Source of the DNA: Candidatus Stoquefichus sp. SB1
Lineage (GTDB): Bacteria; Bacillota_I; Bacilli_A; Erysipelotrichales; Coprobacillaceae
Direction of reading: 5' to 3'
DNA length: 64,000 nt
Assembly (NCBI RefSeq): GCF_001244545.1
Contig: NZ_LN852693.1
Span: forward strand, 11,631-75,630
Shown: positions 9,514 through 19,290 of the stretch, in pieces
Layout: each line of letters opens with the position of its first letter
Position numbering within the stretch: the stretch's first letter is position 1
Notes under the pieces: model-generated
Database searches by the model: none
What the model saw: the letters and a program-made list of their open reading frames with translations, nothing else
What the model was told of the DNA's origin: nothing
Made by a program: the position numbers and the translations under genes

Positions 9514-10848
9514 ATGGAAAATAAAATTCAAAGTTTTTTTGAAAAATCTCTACGTGAAAATGAGATTGACAATGAGTTGTATAAAGTTTATTCTGTCAAA
9601 AAAGGTTTACGAAACGAAGACGGAACAGGAGTTCTTGTAGGATTAACAAGAATATCTGATGTTGTGGGGTATAAAAAGGTAGATAATGAGAAAGTCGATG
9701 ATTATGGAAGTCTTTATTATCGTGGAATTAATGTGAAAGATATTGTTCAAGCTCCTCGACGTGAAAAAAGATATCTTTTTGAAGAAGTCTGTTTTTTAAT
9801 TCTTTTTGGATATTTACCAAATGAACAAGAATTTTTGGAATTCAAACAGATTTTAAGTGATAACTATGAATTACCACCACATTATTTAGAAGCGAATATA
9901 CTTGGCTTTCCAGCTAAAAATCTGATGAATAAATTGCAGCAGGAAGTTTTAATGTTATATGGATATGATCAGGATGCTGATAATATTGGAATTAGAGAAA
10001 CATTAGAAAAGGGAATTAATTTATTAGCTAAAATTCCTAGTATTGTTTGTTATACTTATCAAACAAAAGTTCATTATTTTGAAGAACAGAGTCTTTTTAT
10101 TCATCATGTTAATAAGGATTATAGTATTGCGGAAACGATTTTAGCATTATTAAGAGATGATGGTATGTTTAGCGAAAAAGAAGCTGAAGTTTTAGATGTT
10201 GCTTTGTTATTGCATGCTGATCATGGTGGTGGAAATAACTCAACATTTACTAATGTTGTGATTTCTTCTACTGGGACAGATATTTATTCAGCTGTTGCAG
10301 GAGCAATTGGTTCATTAAAAGGGCCACGTCATGGTGGTGCAAATTTAGCAGTTAAACAACAAATGGAATTAGTAATTGATGAAATATCAACACATGCAAC
10401 AGATGAACAGATTCAAAGCATTATTGAACGTATTTTAGATAAACAATTTAATGATCATAGTGGACTTATTTATGGAATTGGACATGCGGTTTATACGTTA
10501 AGTGATCCACGTAGTGAGATTTTATCTGAAAAATGTAAAGAATTGGCTATTGAAAAAGGACGCATTGATGAATATCAGTTTTATTGCCGATTTGCTCAAA
10601 TTGCGATTGAGGAAATCTATCGTAGAAAAGGCATTCATGTTTGTAGTAATGTTGATTTTTATAGTGGTCTTGTCTATGATATGTTAGGTATTCCAAGTGA
10701 TCTTTATACTTTGTTGTTTGTTGTAGGAAGAACAGTTGGCTGGATTGCTCATAATATAGAAAATAAACTTTATTCAAATCGTATTATTAGACCAGCTACA
10801 AAATATGTTGGTGAAGTCAAAGAATATGAAGATATAGAAAAACGATAA
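9514..10848 (+). CDS. citrate synthase
   Basis: Motifs LLHADHGGGNNSTF, GPRHGGAN and GHAVY. Start moved to ATG 9514, which has RBS AAGGGGTGATAGG. Confidence 0.8.
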   Translation: MENKIQSFFEKSLRENEIDNELYKVYSVKKGLRNEDGTGVLVGLTRISDVVGYKKVDNEKVDDYGSLYYRGINVKDIVQAPRREKRYLFEEVCFLILFGYLPNEQEFLEFKQILSDNYELPPHYLEANILGFPAKNLMNKLQQEVLMLYGYDQDADNIGIRETLEKGINLLAKIPSIVCYTYQTKVHYFEEQSLFIHHVNKDYSIAETILALLRDDGMFSEKEAEVLDVALLLHADHGGGNNSTFTNVVISSTGTDIYSAVAGAIGSLKGPRHGGANLAVKQQMELVIDEISTHATDEQIQSIIERILDKQFNDHSGLIYGIGHAVYTLSDPRSEILSEKCKELAIEKGRIDEYQFYCRFAQIAIEEIYRRKGIHVCSNVDFYSGLVYDMLGIPSDLYTLLFVVGRTVGWIAHNIENKLYSNRIIRPATKYVGEVKEYEDIEKR

Positions 10849-10941
10849 TCATTATCCTTAAATTAGAGATGATTACAGAAGTTATTGATAAACAAATCAA
10901 TAGCTTTTTTTGTATAAAAAAACCAAGGAATTTTCCTCGGC

Positions 10942-12006
10942 TTATTTAACTAACTTAGTCCAATGATACTTATCTTCTAATTTTCCCCATTGAATACCAG
11001 TAAGTGTGTCATACAATTTTTGGGTTAATTCACCAGTCTTGAAATCATTAACAGTGATTTTTTCGCCTTTATAATATAATTCTCCAATTGGTGAAATAAC
11101 AGCAGCTGTCCCAGTTCCCCATGCTTCTTTTAAAGCTCCTGTTCTTCCTGCTTCCATGAGTTCATCAATACTTAAATCACGTTCTTCAACTTGATAACCC
11201 CAATCTTTTAAAATATGAATAATAGAATCTCTTGTCACTCCAGGTAATACAGAACCTTCTAATGCAGCTGTTACAACAGTATTATCAATTAAGAACATAA
11301 CATTCATTGTTCCAACTTCTTCAACATATTTACGATGGACACCATCTAACCAAAGAACTTGCGTATAACCATTTTGTTCAGCCTTAACTTGTGCCGCAAT
11401 ACTTGCTGCATAGTTACCACCACATTTTGTAAAGCCAGTTCCACCTTTCACAGCTCTTACATATTCATCTTCTACCCAAATCTTAACAGGATTAACACCT
11501 TCAGGATAATAAGCACCAACTGGTGATAGAATAATCATGAATTGATAACTTTTTGCTGGATGAACACCAACTCCTGGCTCAGATGCAAAAGTGAATGGAC
11601 GAATATATAAAGATGTTTCTGGTGCAGTAGGAATCCAATCTTGTTCAAATTTAACAAGGGCTTCAACAGCTTCTACAAACATATCTTCAGGTAACTCAGC
11701 CATACAAATTCGTTTGTTAGAATTAATCATACGACGAGCATTCATTTCAGGTCTAAATAATAGAATGTCACCATTAGGATTACGATATGCTTTTAAACCT
11801 TCAAATGTTTCTTGAGCATAATGTAAAACCATTGTTGCTGGATCCATTGGAATAGGTCCATATGGAACAATACGTGCGTCATGCCAGCCTTGTCCTTCAT
11901 CCCAATCCATAATGAACATATGGTTTGTAAAATATTTACCAAAACCTAAATTGTTTTGATCAGGTTTTTCTTTAAGCGTTTTTGCTTTTTCAATTTTGAT
12001 TTCCAT
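10942..12006 (-). CDS. ilvE: branched-chain amino acid aminotransferase
   Basis: 354 aa, class IV PLP aminotransferase. The N-terminal GFGKYFTNHMF...YAQETFEGLKAYR is typical of IlvE. Confidence 0.85.
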   Translation of the reverse strand: MEIKIEKAKTLKEKPDQNNLGFGKYFTNHMFIMDWDEGQGWHDARIVPYGPIPMDPATMVLHYAQETFEGLKAYRNPNGDILLFRPEMNARRMINSNKRICMAELPEDMFVEAVEALVKFEQDWIPTAPETSLYIRPFTFASEPGVGVHPAKSYQFMIILSPVGAYYPEGVNPVKIWVEDEYVRAVKGGTGFTKCGGNYAASIAAQVKAEQNGYTQVLWLDGVHRKYVEEVGTMNVMFLIDNTVVTAALEGSVLPGVTRDSIIHILKDWGYQVEERDLSIDELMEAGRTGALKEAWGTGTAAVISPIGELYYKGEKITVNDFKTGELTQKLYDTLTGIQWGKLEDKYHWTKLVK

Positions 12007-12127
12007 ACAAATCCCCCTTTATAATTAATGAAATTATACTCTTTTTTTATATAAGTAGCAATATATTTTTGCATTTGCCAAAAGAATGATATAATATTAA
12101 GGAATAATATAAATATAGGAGGTATTT

Positions 12128-12526
12128 ATGATAAAGATATTGTTGTGTTGTGGTGGCGGGTTTTCTTCAAGTTATGTTGCTGAAAGAATGAAAAAAGAAA
12201 TAAAAAGTTCAGGAATGGAAAAAGATGTCATGATTGAATTTTCTCCTTTTTCTATCGCAAAAGAAAAGTTTTTAGAATTTGATATTGTTGTTTGTTGTCC
12301 ACATTTGAATATTTATGTAAAACAATTGGTTGAAAAAGAGGATGTTCCTGTTCCTATTTATGTATTGCCTCCTAGAATGTATGGTAATATGGAAATCAAA
12401 GAAATATATCAGGATGCATGTGATTTAATTGAAATGTTTAAGCAAACACATCAAAATCCTATTCATTTTCCTCAAGAAGATAATGTGTTAAGGATCACAA
12501 GACAATGTGCATATCGTCACCAATGA
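12128..12526 (+). CDS. PTS EIIB-like protein (lactose/cellobiose-type IIB fold), stand-alone
   Basis: 132 aa. MIKILLCCGGGFSSSYVAERMKK resembles the N-terminus and active-site Cys region of cellobiose-type EIIB. There is no EIIC or EIIA nearby. Confidence 0.55.
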   Translation: MIKILLCCGGGFSSSYVAERMKKEIKSSGMEKDVMIEFSPFSIAKEKFLEFDIVVCCPHLNIYVKQLVEKEDVPVPIYVLPPRMYGNMEIKEIYQDACDLIEMFKQTHQNPIHFPQEDNVLRITRQCAYRHQ

Positions 12527-12613
12527 GATAAACTTTGTTTATCTTTTTCATTGCATTTTTTGACGAATGTAAAATGATTGTTATTTTACAGATGATAAAA
12601 AGTACAATTATCG

Positions 12614-12642
12614 TTGAAATAAAAAAGGAAATTCGATATAAT
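12614..12642 (+). promoter_or_regulatory. consensus sigma-A promoter upstream of DUF969-DUF979-pcp
   Basis: TTGAAA, 17 nt, TATAAT, a perfect spacing and -10. Confidence 0.55.
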
Positions 12643-12681
12643 ACAGGACGTCTACATATTTATTTTGAAAGGAGATAAACA

Positions 12682-13359
12682 ATGGAATATATTACATTGA
12701 TAGGTATATTAATTATTGTCGTTGGTTTTGCTTTAAAACTTGATGTATTGGCAGTTGTTATTGTATCTGGAATAGTGACTGGTTTAGTCGCTGGAATGGA
12801 TTTTTTTAAGATATTAGAGATATTAGGGAATTCTTTTGTAACTAATCGTCTTATGTCAATATTTTTAATTATTTTCCCAGTTATTGCAATTATTGAAAGA
12901 TATGGTTTAAAAGAAAGAGCTGCTTATTTGATTGGAAAAATCAAGAATGCATCTGCTGGAAAAGTTTTATGTATTTATAGTGTTATTCGTTCAGCTGCAT
13001 CAGCATTAAATGTGAGAATTGGAGGACATGTCCAATTTGTAAGACCTTTAATTTTACCAATGAGTGAAGCGGCTGCTGAAACAGCAAAAGGTGAACACAT
13101 AACAGAAGCAGAAGATGAAGAAATTAAGGGCTTAGCAGCAGCTGTTGAAAACTATGGTAATTTCTTTGCTCAAAATGTTTTTCCGGCTTCTAGTGGTGTT
13201 GTTTTGATTCGTGGTACATTAGTTGGATTGGGATTTGAAGATATTACATTATCAATGATTTCTTCATCAGCAATTTATATTGCTTTGATTTCTGTGGTTT
13301 TAACATTTATCCAAGTTTTATGGTTTGATTTTAAAATGAAAAAAGGAGGAAATAAATAA
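12682..13359 (+). CDS. DUF969 family membrane protein (pcp-associated)
   Basis: 225 aa, polytopic. It resembles the DUF969 members that recurrently pair with DUF979 next to pcp in Firmicutes. Confidence 0.6.
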   Translation: MEYITLIGILIIVVGFALKLDVLAVVIVSGIVTGLVAGMDFFKILEILGNSFVTNRLMSIFLIIFPVIAIIERYGLKERAAYLIGKIKNASAGKVLCIYSVIRSAASALNVRIGGHVQFVRPLILPMSEAAAETAKGEHITEAEDEEIKGLAAAVENYGNFFAQNVFPASSGVVLIRGTLVGLGFEDITLSMISSSAIYIALISVVLTFIQVLWFDFKMKKGGNK

Positions 13360-14318
13360 TGGCTGAATTTTTAAGTGTATATCTTCCTGAATTCTTTTAT
13401 GTATTATGTGGGTTGGTTAGTTTTGATACGGCTATTCGTGCTACAAAAAATGAAGAAGCACGCATTGGAACATCTTTGTTTTGGTGTCTTTTAGGAATTA
13501 TTTTTATGTTTGGTAAAATTATTCCTGCTACAATTGTTGGTGGATTATTGGTTGTTATGGGATGTTTAACAGCTTTTAAACAAGTGAAAATGGGAAAATT
13601 TGTCGAATCGACTCCAGAATTTCGTCAAAGTGCAAGTGAAAAAGTTGGCAATAGTATTTTTATTCCAGCAGTATCAATTGGAATTATGGCTTTGATTTTA
13701 TCATTTGTGAAATATCGTACAGTTGTTGATGGGACAATAAAAATGCAGGCTCTTGATGGTGCAGTGATGACGGGTACAGCTTGTGTAGTGGCACTTTTAT
13801 TAGCTTTTATCATTTGTAAGCCTAAGGTTTCAGAAACACGTTCTGATACATCTCGTTTACTAATGCAGGTAGGAGCATCATGCTTATTACCACAATTGTT
13901 AGGAGCCCTTGGAAGTGTATTTAAAGAAGCAGGTGTAGGTGAAGTTATTTCTAACATTATTTCAAGTGTCGTTCCTTCTGGTAATATTGTGATTGGTGTG
14001 ATTGTCTATGTGTTAGGAATGGTTATTTTTACAATGATTATGGGAAATGCTTTTGCTGCATTTACAGTTATTACAATTGGTATTGGTTTTCCATTTGTTA
14101 TTGCTCAAGGTGGAAATCCAGCTGTTATTGGTGCATTAGGAATGACTGCTGGATATTGTGGTACACTATTAACACCAATGGCTGCAAACTTTAATATTGT
14201 GCCATGTGCTGTCTTAGAAACCAAAGATCAAAAATGGGCAGTTATTAAAGCACAATTACCAATGGCTCTTGTTATGATAGTCATTCATATTATTTTAATG
14301 TTAGTATTAGGATTCTAG
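13359..14318 (+). CDS. DUF979 family membrane protein (pcp-associated)
   Basis: 319 aa, polytopic, overlapping the upstream gene by 1 nt (TAATG), so translationally coupled. Confidence 0.6.
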   Translation: MAEFLSVYLPEFFYVLCGLVSFDTAIRATKNEEARIGTSLFWCLLGIIFMFGKIIPATIVGGLLVVMGCLTAFKQVKMGKFVESTPEFRQSASEKVGNSIFIPAVSIGIMALILSFVKYRTVVDGTIKMQALDGAVMTGTACVVALLLAFIICKPKVSETRSDTSRLLMQVGASCLLPQLLGALGSVFKEAGVGEVISNIISSVVPSGNIVIGVIVYVLGMVIFTMIMGNAFAAFTVITIGIGFPFVIAQGGNPAVIGALGMTAGYCGTLLTPMAANFNIVPCAVLETKDQKWAVIKAQLPMALVMIVIHIILMLVLGF

Positions 14319-14327
14319 GAGGAAATT

Positions 14328-14969
14328 ATGAAAATACTTGTTACAGGTTTTGATCCATTTAATGGAGAAAAGATTAATCCGGCTATAGAATCAGTTAAAT
14401 TATTACCTGATACAATTGCTGGTGCTCAGATTATTAAATTAGAAATACCAACAGTATGTCATCTTTCATTAAAAGTAATAGAAGAGGCGATTGAACAACA
14501 TAATCCAGATGTTATTTTGTCTATTGGTCAAGCTGGCGGAAGAACAGATATAACTGTTGAAAGAATCGGTATTAATATTGATGATTGTCGTATTCCGGAT
14601 AATGCTGGACAACAAATTATTGATGAACCTGTTTTTGCAGATGGACCAGCTGCTTATTTTGTCAATTTGCCAATTAAAGCAATGGTTGCACGTATTCAAG
14701 AACATCAGATACCAGCATCTGTATCAAATAGTGCAGGAACATTTGTTTGCAATCATGTGACATATGGTGTTCGTCATATCATTGAAACAAAATTTCCTGG
14801 CAAAAGAAGTGGTTTTATACATATTCCTTTTTTACCTCAACAAGTTATTAATAAAAAGAACATGCCTAGCATGAGTTTAGAGACAATTGTTGAAGCGTTA
14901 AGTGTGGCTATTGAGGCCATTGTTGATACTGAAGTTGATTTAAAAATTACTGGTGGAGCAACGCATTAA
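14328..14969 (+). CDS. pcp: pyroglutamyl-peptidase I (pyrrolidone-carboxylate peptidase)
   Basis: 213 aa. The [19 protein letters not shown]-terminus and the catalytic Cys/His region match peptidase C15. Confidence 0.85.
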   Translation: MKILVTGFDPFNGEKINPAIESVKLLPDTIAGAQIIKLEIPTVCHLSLKVIEEAIEQHNPDVILSIGQAGGRTDITVERIGINIDDCRIPDNAGQQIIDEPVFADGPAAYFVNLPIKAMVARIQEHQIPASVSNSAGTFVCNHVTYGVRHIIETKFPGKRSGFIHIPFLPQQVINKKNMPSMSLETIVEALSVAIEAIVDTEVDLKITGGATH

Positions 14970-15424
14970 TGAAACAGAAAATATTTGTATATGGAACATT
15001 GAGAAAAGGAATGTATAATTATGATTTGTATTTAAGAGATGAAAAATCATTTCGTTATTATGCCTATGCAAAAGGAAGCCTTATGACAATCCTTGGGAGA
15101 GTATACCCAGCCTATTTAACAGATGGTCAAGATATGATTTTAGGTGAAATTCATGAAGTAAGTGATGAAACTATGAATTCTATTGATCAGTTAGAAGGAT
15201 ATCTTGGTGAAGGTAATCCTAAAAATGAATATAACAAGGAATTATGTGATATTTATAATGAACAGGGTGAGGTTGTAGAACAAGCTTATATATATGTTTA
15301 TAATATGGAAAATCCAAGTAATGTTTTTACATTAGGTAAGGATATTGAATCACATGATTATGTTGAGTATATTCAAAAAGTGAAATTACGTGAAAAAAGT
15401 TTATTCGATTATGATGTCGAATAG
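14969..15424 (+). CDS. gamma-glutamylcyclotransferase family protein (AIG2/GGCT-like)
   Basis: 151 aa with an N-terminal FVYGTLRKG motif. The start overlaps the pcp stop (TAATG). Confidence 0.75.
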   Translation: MKQKIFVYGTLRKGMYNYDLYLRDEKSFRYYAYAKGSLMTILGRVYPAYLTDGQDMILGEIHEVSDETMNSIDQLEGYLGEGNPKNEYNKELCDIYNEQGEVVEQAYIYVYNMENPSNVFTLGKDIESHDYVEYIQKVKLREKSLFDYDVE

Positions 15425-15502
15425 ACTTTTTTTATATAAATAAACACTTATGATAACAATAATCATAAGTGTTTATAAGAATTCATAAAATATATTGATT
15501 TT

Positions 15503-16024
15503 TTATTCGATAATTTCAATTTGTAATGACTTCATAACATCAATACTTTCCTGATGAACTTTTTCATCAGCACTTGCACAACCTCTTAAATCAATGCAGA
15601 TAGGTATATCAGGTTGAGCAGCTTTGGCCATAATAGCGTTAGATAAAACACAAATATGAGAAACAACCCCAACAAAGGTAATATCTTGATATTCTTTTCC
15701 TTCCAAATAGTAAGCCAAATCCAATGAAGGGAAGGTAGGCTTTTTAAAACATAAACAATCTTGTAGTAATTCCCCAACTTTGCCATAAAGTTCCCAGCCA
15801 TCTGTATGTTCTATACAATGTTCTATTGGAAGATGTTTTCCTTCATATGTTGTGAGATAGTTTTCAGTATGGGTATCCATTGTATAAACAACTTCATCAC
15901 CATTCATATGATACTCCTTAATAAGATTAACAATATGATCTTCTAATTCTTTAGCTTTCTCAAAACCTAAACTACCAGAAACAAAATCATTTTGAAAATC
16001 TACTACGACTAATAATCTTTTCAT
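15503..16024 (-). CDS. isochorismatase-family cysteine hydrolase (nicotinamidase-like)
   Basis: 173 aa. VVVDFQNDF and the catalytic Cys region (VGVVSHICV) are present. Confidence 0.7.
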   Translation of the reverse strand: MKRLLVVVDFQNDFVSGSLGFEKAKELEDHIVNLIKEYHMNGDEVVYTMDTHTENYLTTYEGKHLPIEHCIEHTDGWELYGKVGELLQDCLCFKKPTFPSLDLAYYLEGKEYQDITFVGVVSHICVLSNAIMAKAAQPDIPICIDLRGCASADEKVHQESIDVMKSLQIEIIE

Positions 16025-16061
16025 ATTTTCACCCCGTTTTTATCTATTTTACCAAAATAAG

Positions 16062-16090
16062 TTGACTTGTCAATCAATTCATTATATAAT
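16062..16090 (+). promoter_or_regulatory. promoter of the cadC-cadA operon
   Basis: TTGACT, 17 nt, TATAAT. Confidence 0.55.
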
Positions 16091-16100
16091 CATATTGTCA

Positions 16101-16120
16101 TATGAATAATTGTTCATATA
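16101..16120 (+). promoter_or_regulatory. candidate ArsR/SmtB-family operator
   Basis: Inverted repeat ATATGAA-N6-TTCATAT immediately downstream of the -10 element. Confidence 0.45.
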
Positions 16121-16134
16121 AAAGGAGGAATAAC

Positions 16135-16473
16135 ATGGATAAATCAACAATTGTTAATCAAAATGTCGTTGATCAGGTGACAAAATCATTGCCTGATGAA
16201 GAAATATTATATGATGTTGCTGAATTATTTAAAGTTTTTGGCGATTCAACACGAATTAAAATTATATGTGCACTCTTTGAATCAGAGATGTGTGTTTATG
16301 ATTTAGCCGCTGCTTTACAGATGACACAATCAGCTATTTCTCATCAGTTAAGAATATTAAAGACAGCGAATTTAGTGAAATTTAGAAGAGATGGAAAAAT
16401 GATGTATTATTCATTAGATGATGAACATGTTCAACAAATTTTCGATGCTGGATATAAGCATGTTATAGAATAA
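16135..16473 (+). CDS. ArsR/SmtB family metal-responsive transcriptional repressor (CadC/CzrA-like)
   Basis: FGDSTRIKIICAL...CVYDLAAALQMTQSAISHQLRILK. Start moved to ATG 16135, which has RBS AAAGGAGGAATAAC. Confidence 0.8.
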   Translation: MDKSTIVNQNVVDQVTKSLPDEEILYDVAELFKVFGDSTRIKIICALFESEMCVYDLAAALQMTQSAISHQLRILKTANLVKFRRDGKMMYYSLDDEHVQQIFDAGYKHVIE

Positions 16474-16485
16474 GGAGGAAATAAG

Positions 16486-18933
16486 ATGCTAAAGAAGTAT
16501 GTTATTAAAAATCTTGATTGTGCATCATGCGCACAAAAGATTGAAAATATGATTCAAAAAAGAGATGATGTTCAAGAATGCTCATTGTCATTTGCCAATG
16601 AATTGTTAATGATAGAATCAGTTCATGAAATAGATATAGATGAATTACAAAGTGCTATTCAAAAATTAGAACCAGAAGTGACAATTGAAGAAAAGGGTCA
16701 ACACCAATCACATGTTCATCATCATACACATCATGAAGATGCTTGTGGCTGTGGACATGACCATAGTCATCATGAACATCATCATGGTGAAGACTGTGAC
16801 CATGATCATGACCATTGTGATTGTGATCATCAACACGACCATGATCATCGTTCATTAGATAAACAAGGCGTTCTTGCTTATCATATTGCAGGGTTGGATT
16901 GTGCATCATGTGCAATGAAAGTGGAGTCAGCTATTCAAAAAATGGAACAAGTTGATGATGCAGTTTTGAATTTTTCAACAGAGACATTGCAAGTTGTTCC
17001 ACATAGTCAAGTCAATAAAGATGAATTATTGATTGCTTTACAGCAAGTTATTGATCATGTTGAAGATGGAGTGGTTCTTTCTTATAAAGATGAGAAACGA
17101 ATCATAGAGAAACCTCAGTTATTTGTATGGAAAGATAATCTTGCATTGATTATTGGTGTTGTGGCATATATTATAAGTTTATTGTTAAAAAGTCAGTCAT
17201 ATGCAGTCTTTGGTTTTGTTATTGCATATATACTGATTGGATATGAAGTTGTTTTTAAAGCAGTGAAAAATATTTTAAGAGGGGAAATCTTTGATGAAAA
17301 CTTCTTAATGAGTATTGCAACAATAGGAGCTTTTCTGATTGGTGATTATGCAGAAGCTGTTGCGGTGTTGTTGTTCTATTCAATTGGTGAGATTTTTCAA
17401 TCTTATGCTGTTAATAAAACGAGAAGTTCGATTTCTTCTTTAATGGATATTAAGAGTGAATATGCTAACTTAAAAACAAATGATGGAGTGATTAAGGTGA
17501 CACCAGAAGAAGTGAAAGTTGGCGATATATTGGTTGTTAAAGTGGGTGAAAAAATTCCTTTGGATGGCGTTATTGTGAATGGTCATTCATTGTTGGATAC
17601 TTCTAGTTTAACAGGGGAATCTGTGCCTAGAGATGCTTATCAAAATGATGAAGTTTTAGCCGGGGTTGTCAATTTAACAGAAATATTAGAAGTTAAGGTG
17701 ACAAAACCATATGTTGATTCAACTGTTTCAAAAATCTTGGAATTAATGGAAAATGCGGCAAGTAAAAAAGCACCTATTGAAAAATTTATTACAAGATTTG
17801 CAAGAATCTATACACCAACAGTTGTTGGCTTAGCCGTTTTATTAGCGATTGTTCCAATGTTTATTTTTGAAGATGCTCAATTTACAGAATGGTTATATCG
17901 TGCCTTAACATTCTTGGTTGTTTCTTGTCCTTGTGCACTCGTCATCTCTATTCCATTAGGACTCTATGCTGGACTTGGAAAAGCAAGTAAGTTAGGGGCA
18001 TTGATTAAAGGTGGAAATTATTTAGAATTATTGAAAGATGTGGATACTGTTGTTTTTGATAAAACAGGAACACTTACAAAAGGTTCGTTTGATGTTGTTG
18101 AAGTCAATGGTTCAGATGATTTGTTGATGTATGGTGCTTATGGTGAATTTTATAGTAATCATCCGATTGCGAAAAGTATTGTTGCAAAATATGCTCAAAA
18201 TATTGATGAAAGCCAAATTCGTGATTTTAAAGAAGTGGCAGGTAAAGGTATAGATGTTATGATTCGTCAAAAACATGTTGTTTTGGGGAATGCATCTTTC
18301 TTTGAAGAATTAGGAATTGCTGTTAAAGAACCACAAACAGTTGGAACAATTGTTTATGTTGCTATTGATGGACAATTTGCAGGTTCAATTGTTGTTGCTG
18401 ATCAGATTAAAGAAACAACAGTTAAAGGAATTCAAGCTTTAAAATCAGTAGGAATTAAAAATACGGTCATGTTAACAGGGGATCATCATCGTGTAGCTGA
18501 AGATGTTGCTCAAAAATTAGGAATTGACAGTGTATATAGTGAATTATTACCACAGGATAAAGTTGGTAAAGTAGAAGAATTATTAAATCGTAAACAAGGC
18601 TATGTTGCTTTTGTTGGTGATGGAATTAATGATGCCCCAGTTCTTGCAAGAGCAGATGTTGGTATTGCTATGGGTGGTGTTGGCAGTGATGCAGCCATTG
18701 AAGCTGCTGATGTTGTTTTGATGCAAGATAATATTGAAACAATTAAAGATGCTATTGTTGTTTCACATAAGACAAATAAGATTCTTAGACAAAATGTGGC
18801 TTTTACATTAATTATTAAAATAGGTGTTTTATTATTAACAATGTTTGGATTATCAAATATGTGGATGGGTGTTTTTGCTGATGTTGGTGTCACTTTAATT
18901 GCCATTTTAAATGCAATGCGCGTATTAAGATAA
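16486..18933 (+). CDS. cadA: heavy-metal-translocating P1B-type ATPase (Cd/Zn/Co-type)
   Basis: 815 aa. Two N-terminal HMA domains (CASCA), a His-rich linker, a CPC motif (SCPCALV), DKTGTLT and GDGINDAP. Confidence 0.85.
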   Translation: MLKKYVIKNLDCASCAQKIENMIQKRDDVQECSLSFANELLMIESVHEIDIDELQSAIQKLEPEVTIEEKGQHQSHVHHHTHHEDACGCGHDHSHHEHHHGEDCDHDHDHCDCDHQHDHDHRSLDKQGVLAYHIAGLDCASCAMKVESAIQKMEQVDDAVLNFSTETLQVVPHSQVNKDELLIALQQVIDHVEDGVVLSYKDEKRIIEKPQLFVWKDNLALIIGVVAYIISLLLKSQSYAVFGFVIAYILIGYEVVFKAVKNILRGEIFDENFLMSIATIGAFLIGDYAEAVAVLLFYSIGEIFQSYAVNKTRSSISSLMDIKSEYANLKTNDGVIKVTPEEVKVGDILVVKVGEKIPLDGVIVNGHSLLDTSSLTGESVPRDAYQNDEVLAGVVNLTEILEVKVTKPYVDSTVSKILELMENAASKKAPIEKFITRFARIYTPTVVGLAVLLAIVPMFIFEDAQFTEWLYRALTFLVVSCPCALVISIPLGLYAGLGKASKLGALIKGGNYLELLKDVDTVVFDKTGTLTKGSFDVVEVNGSDDLLMYGAYGEFYSNHPIAKSIVAKYAQNIDESQIRDFKEVAGKGIDVMIRQKHVVLGNASFFEELGIAVKEPQTVGTIVYVAIDGQFAGSIVVADQIKETTVKGIQALKSVGIKNTVMLTGDHHRVAEDVAQKLGIDSVYSELLPQDKVGKVEELLNRKQGYVAFVGDGINDAPVLARADVGIAMGGVGSDAAIEAADVVLMQDNIETIKDAIVVSHKTNKILRQNVAFTLIIKIGVLLLTMFGLSNMWMGVFADVGVTLIAILNAMRVLR

Positions 18934-18957
18934 ATCAATATAAATAAAGTCAATGGC

Positions 18958-18990
18958 TAAGAAGTAGAATAGACTCTACTTCTTTTCTTT
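18958..18990 (+). terminator. intrinsic terminator after cadA
   Basis: AGAAGTAGA-ATAGAC-TCTACTTCT followed by TTTCTTT. Confidence 0.65.
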
Positions 18991-19056
18991 AAATCAACAA
19001 AGGAAGGTTTCAAAACATATGAAAATACGTTATAATAGAGAAAGTGGGGTGGAGAT

Positions 19057-19290
19057 ATGACTTTAGATGATGTTCAGCCTGGAAAGATGGTTGTGATTGA
19101 ATCAGTCGGTGGTCAAGGTTTATTAAGACGCCGTTTATTAGAAATGGGCTTAACGCCTAAAACAAAAATTAAAGTTCGTAAGATAGCACCAATGGGGGAT
19201 CCGATTGAAGTGTATTTGCGTAGTTATGTGTTAACATTAAGAAAAGATGATGCTTCCAAGATTGAAGTCAGGGAGGTTAGTGATGAATAG
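19057..19290 (+). CDS. feoA: ferrous iron transport protein A
   Basis: 77 aa, SH3-like FeoA (VVIESVGGQGLLRRRLLEMGLTPKTKIKV). Confidence 0.85.
   Translation: MTLDDVQPGKMVVIESVGGQGLLRRRLLEMGLTPKTKIKVRKIAPMGDPIEVYLRSYVLTLRKDDASKIEVREVSDE

Noticed and set aside
14469-14760. Small ORFs on both strands inside pcp
   Set aside because: They are embedded in a well-supported coding region and are AT-rich shadow frames.
16730-16860. A run of His/Asp/Cys codons in cadA that looks like a low-complexity repeat or insertion
   Set aside because: It is the His-rich metal-binding linker typical of P1B ATPases between the two HMA domains. The reading frame is continuous.
19020-19056. A possible Fur box upstream of feoA
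   Set aside because: I could only find weak AT-rich similarity (TGAAAATACGTTATAAT) that overlaps the putative -10. This is not convincing without a position weight matrix.
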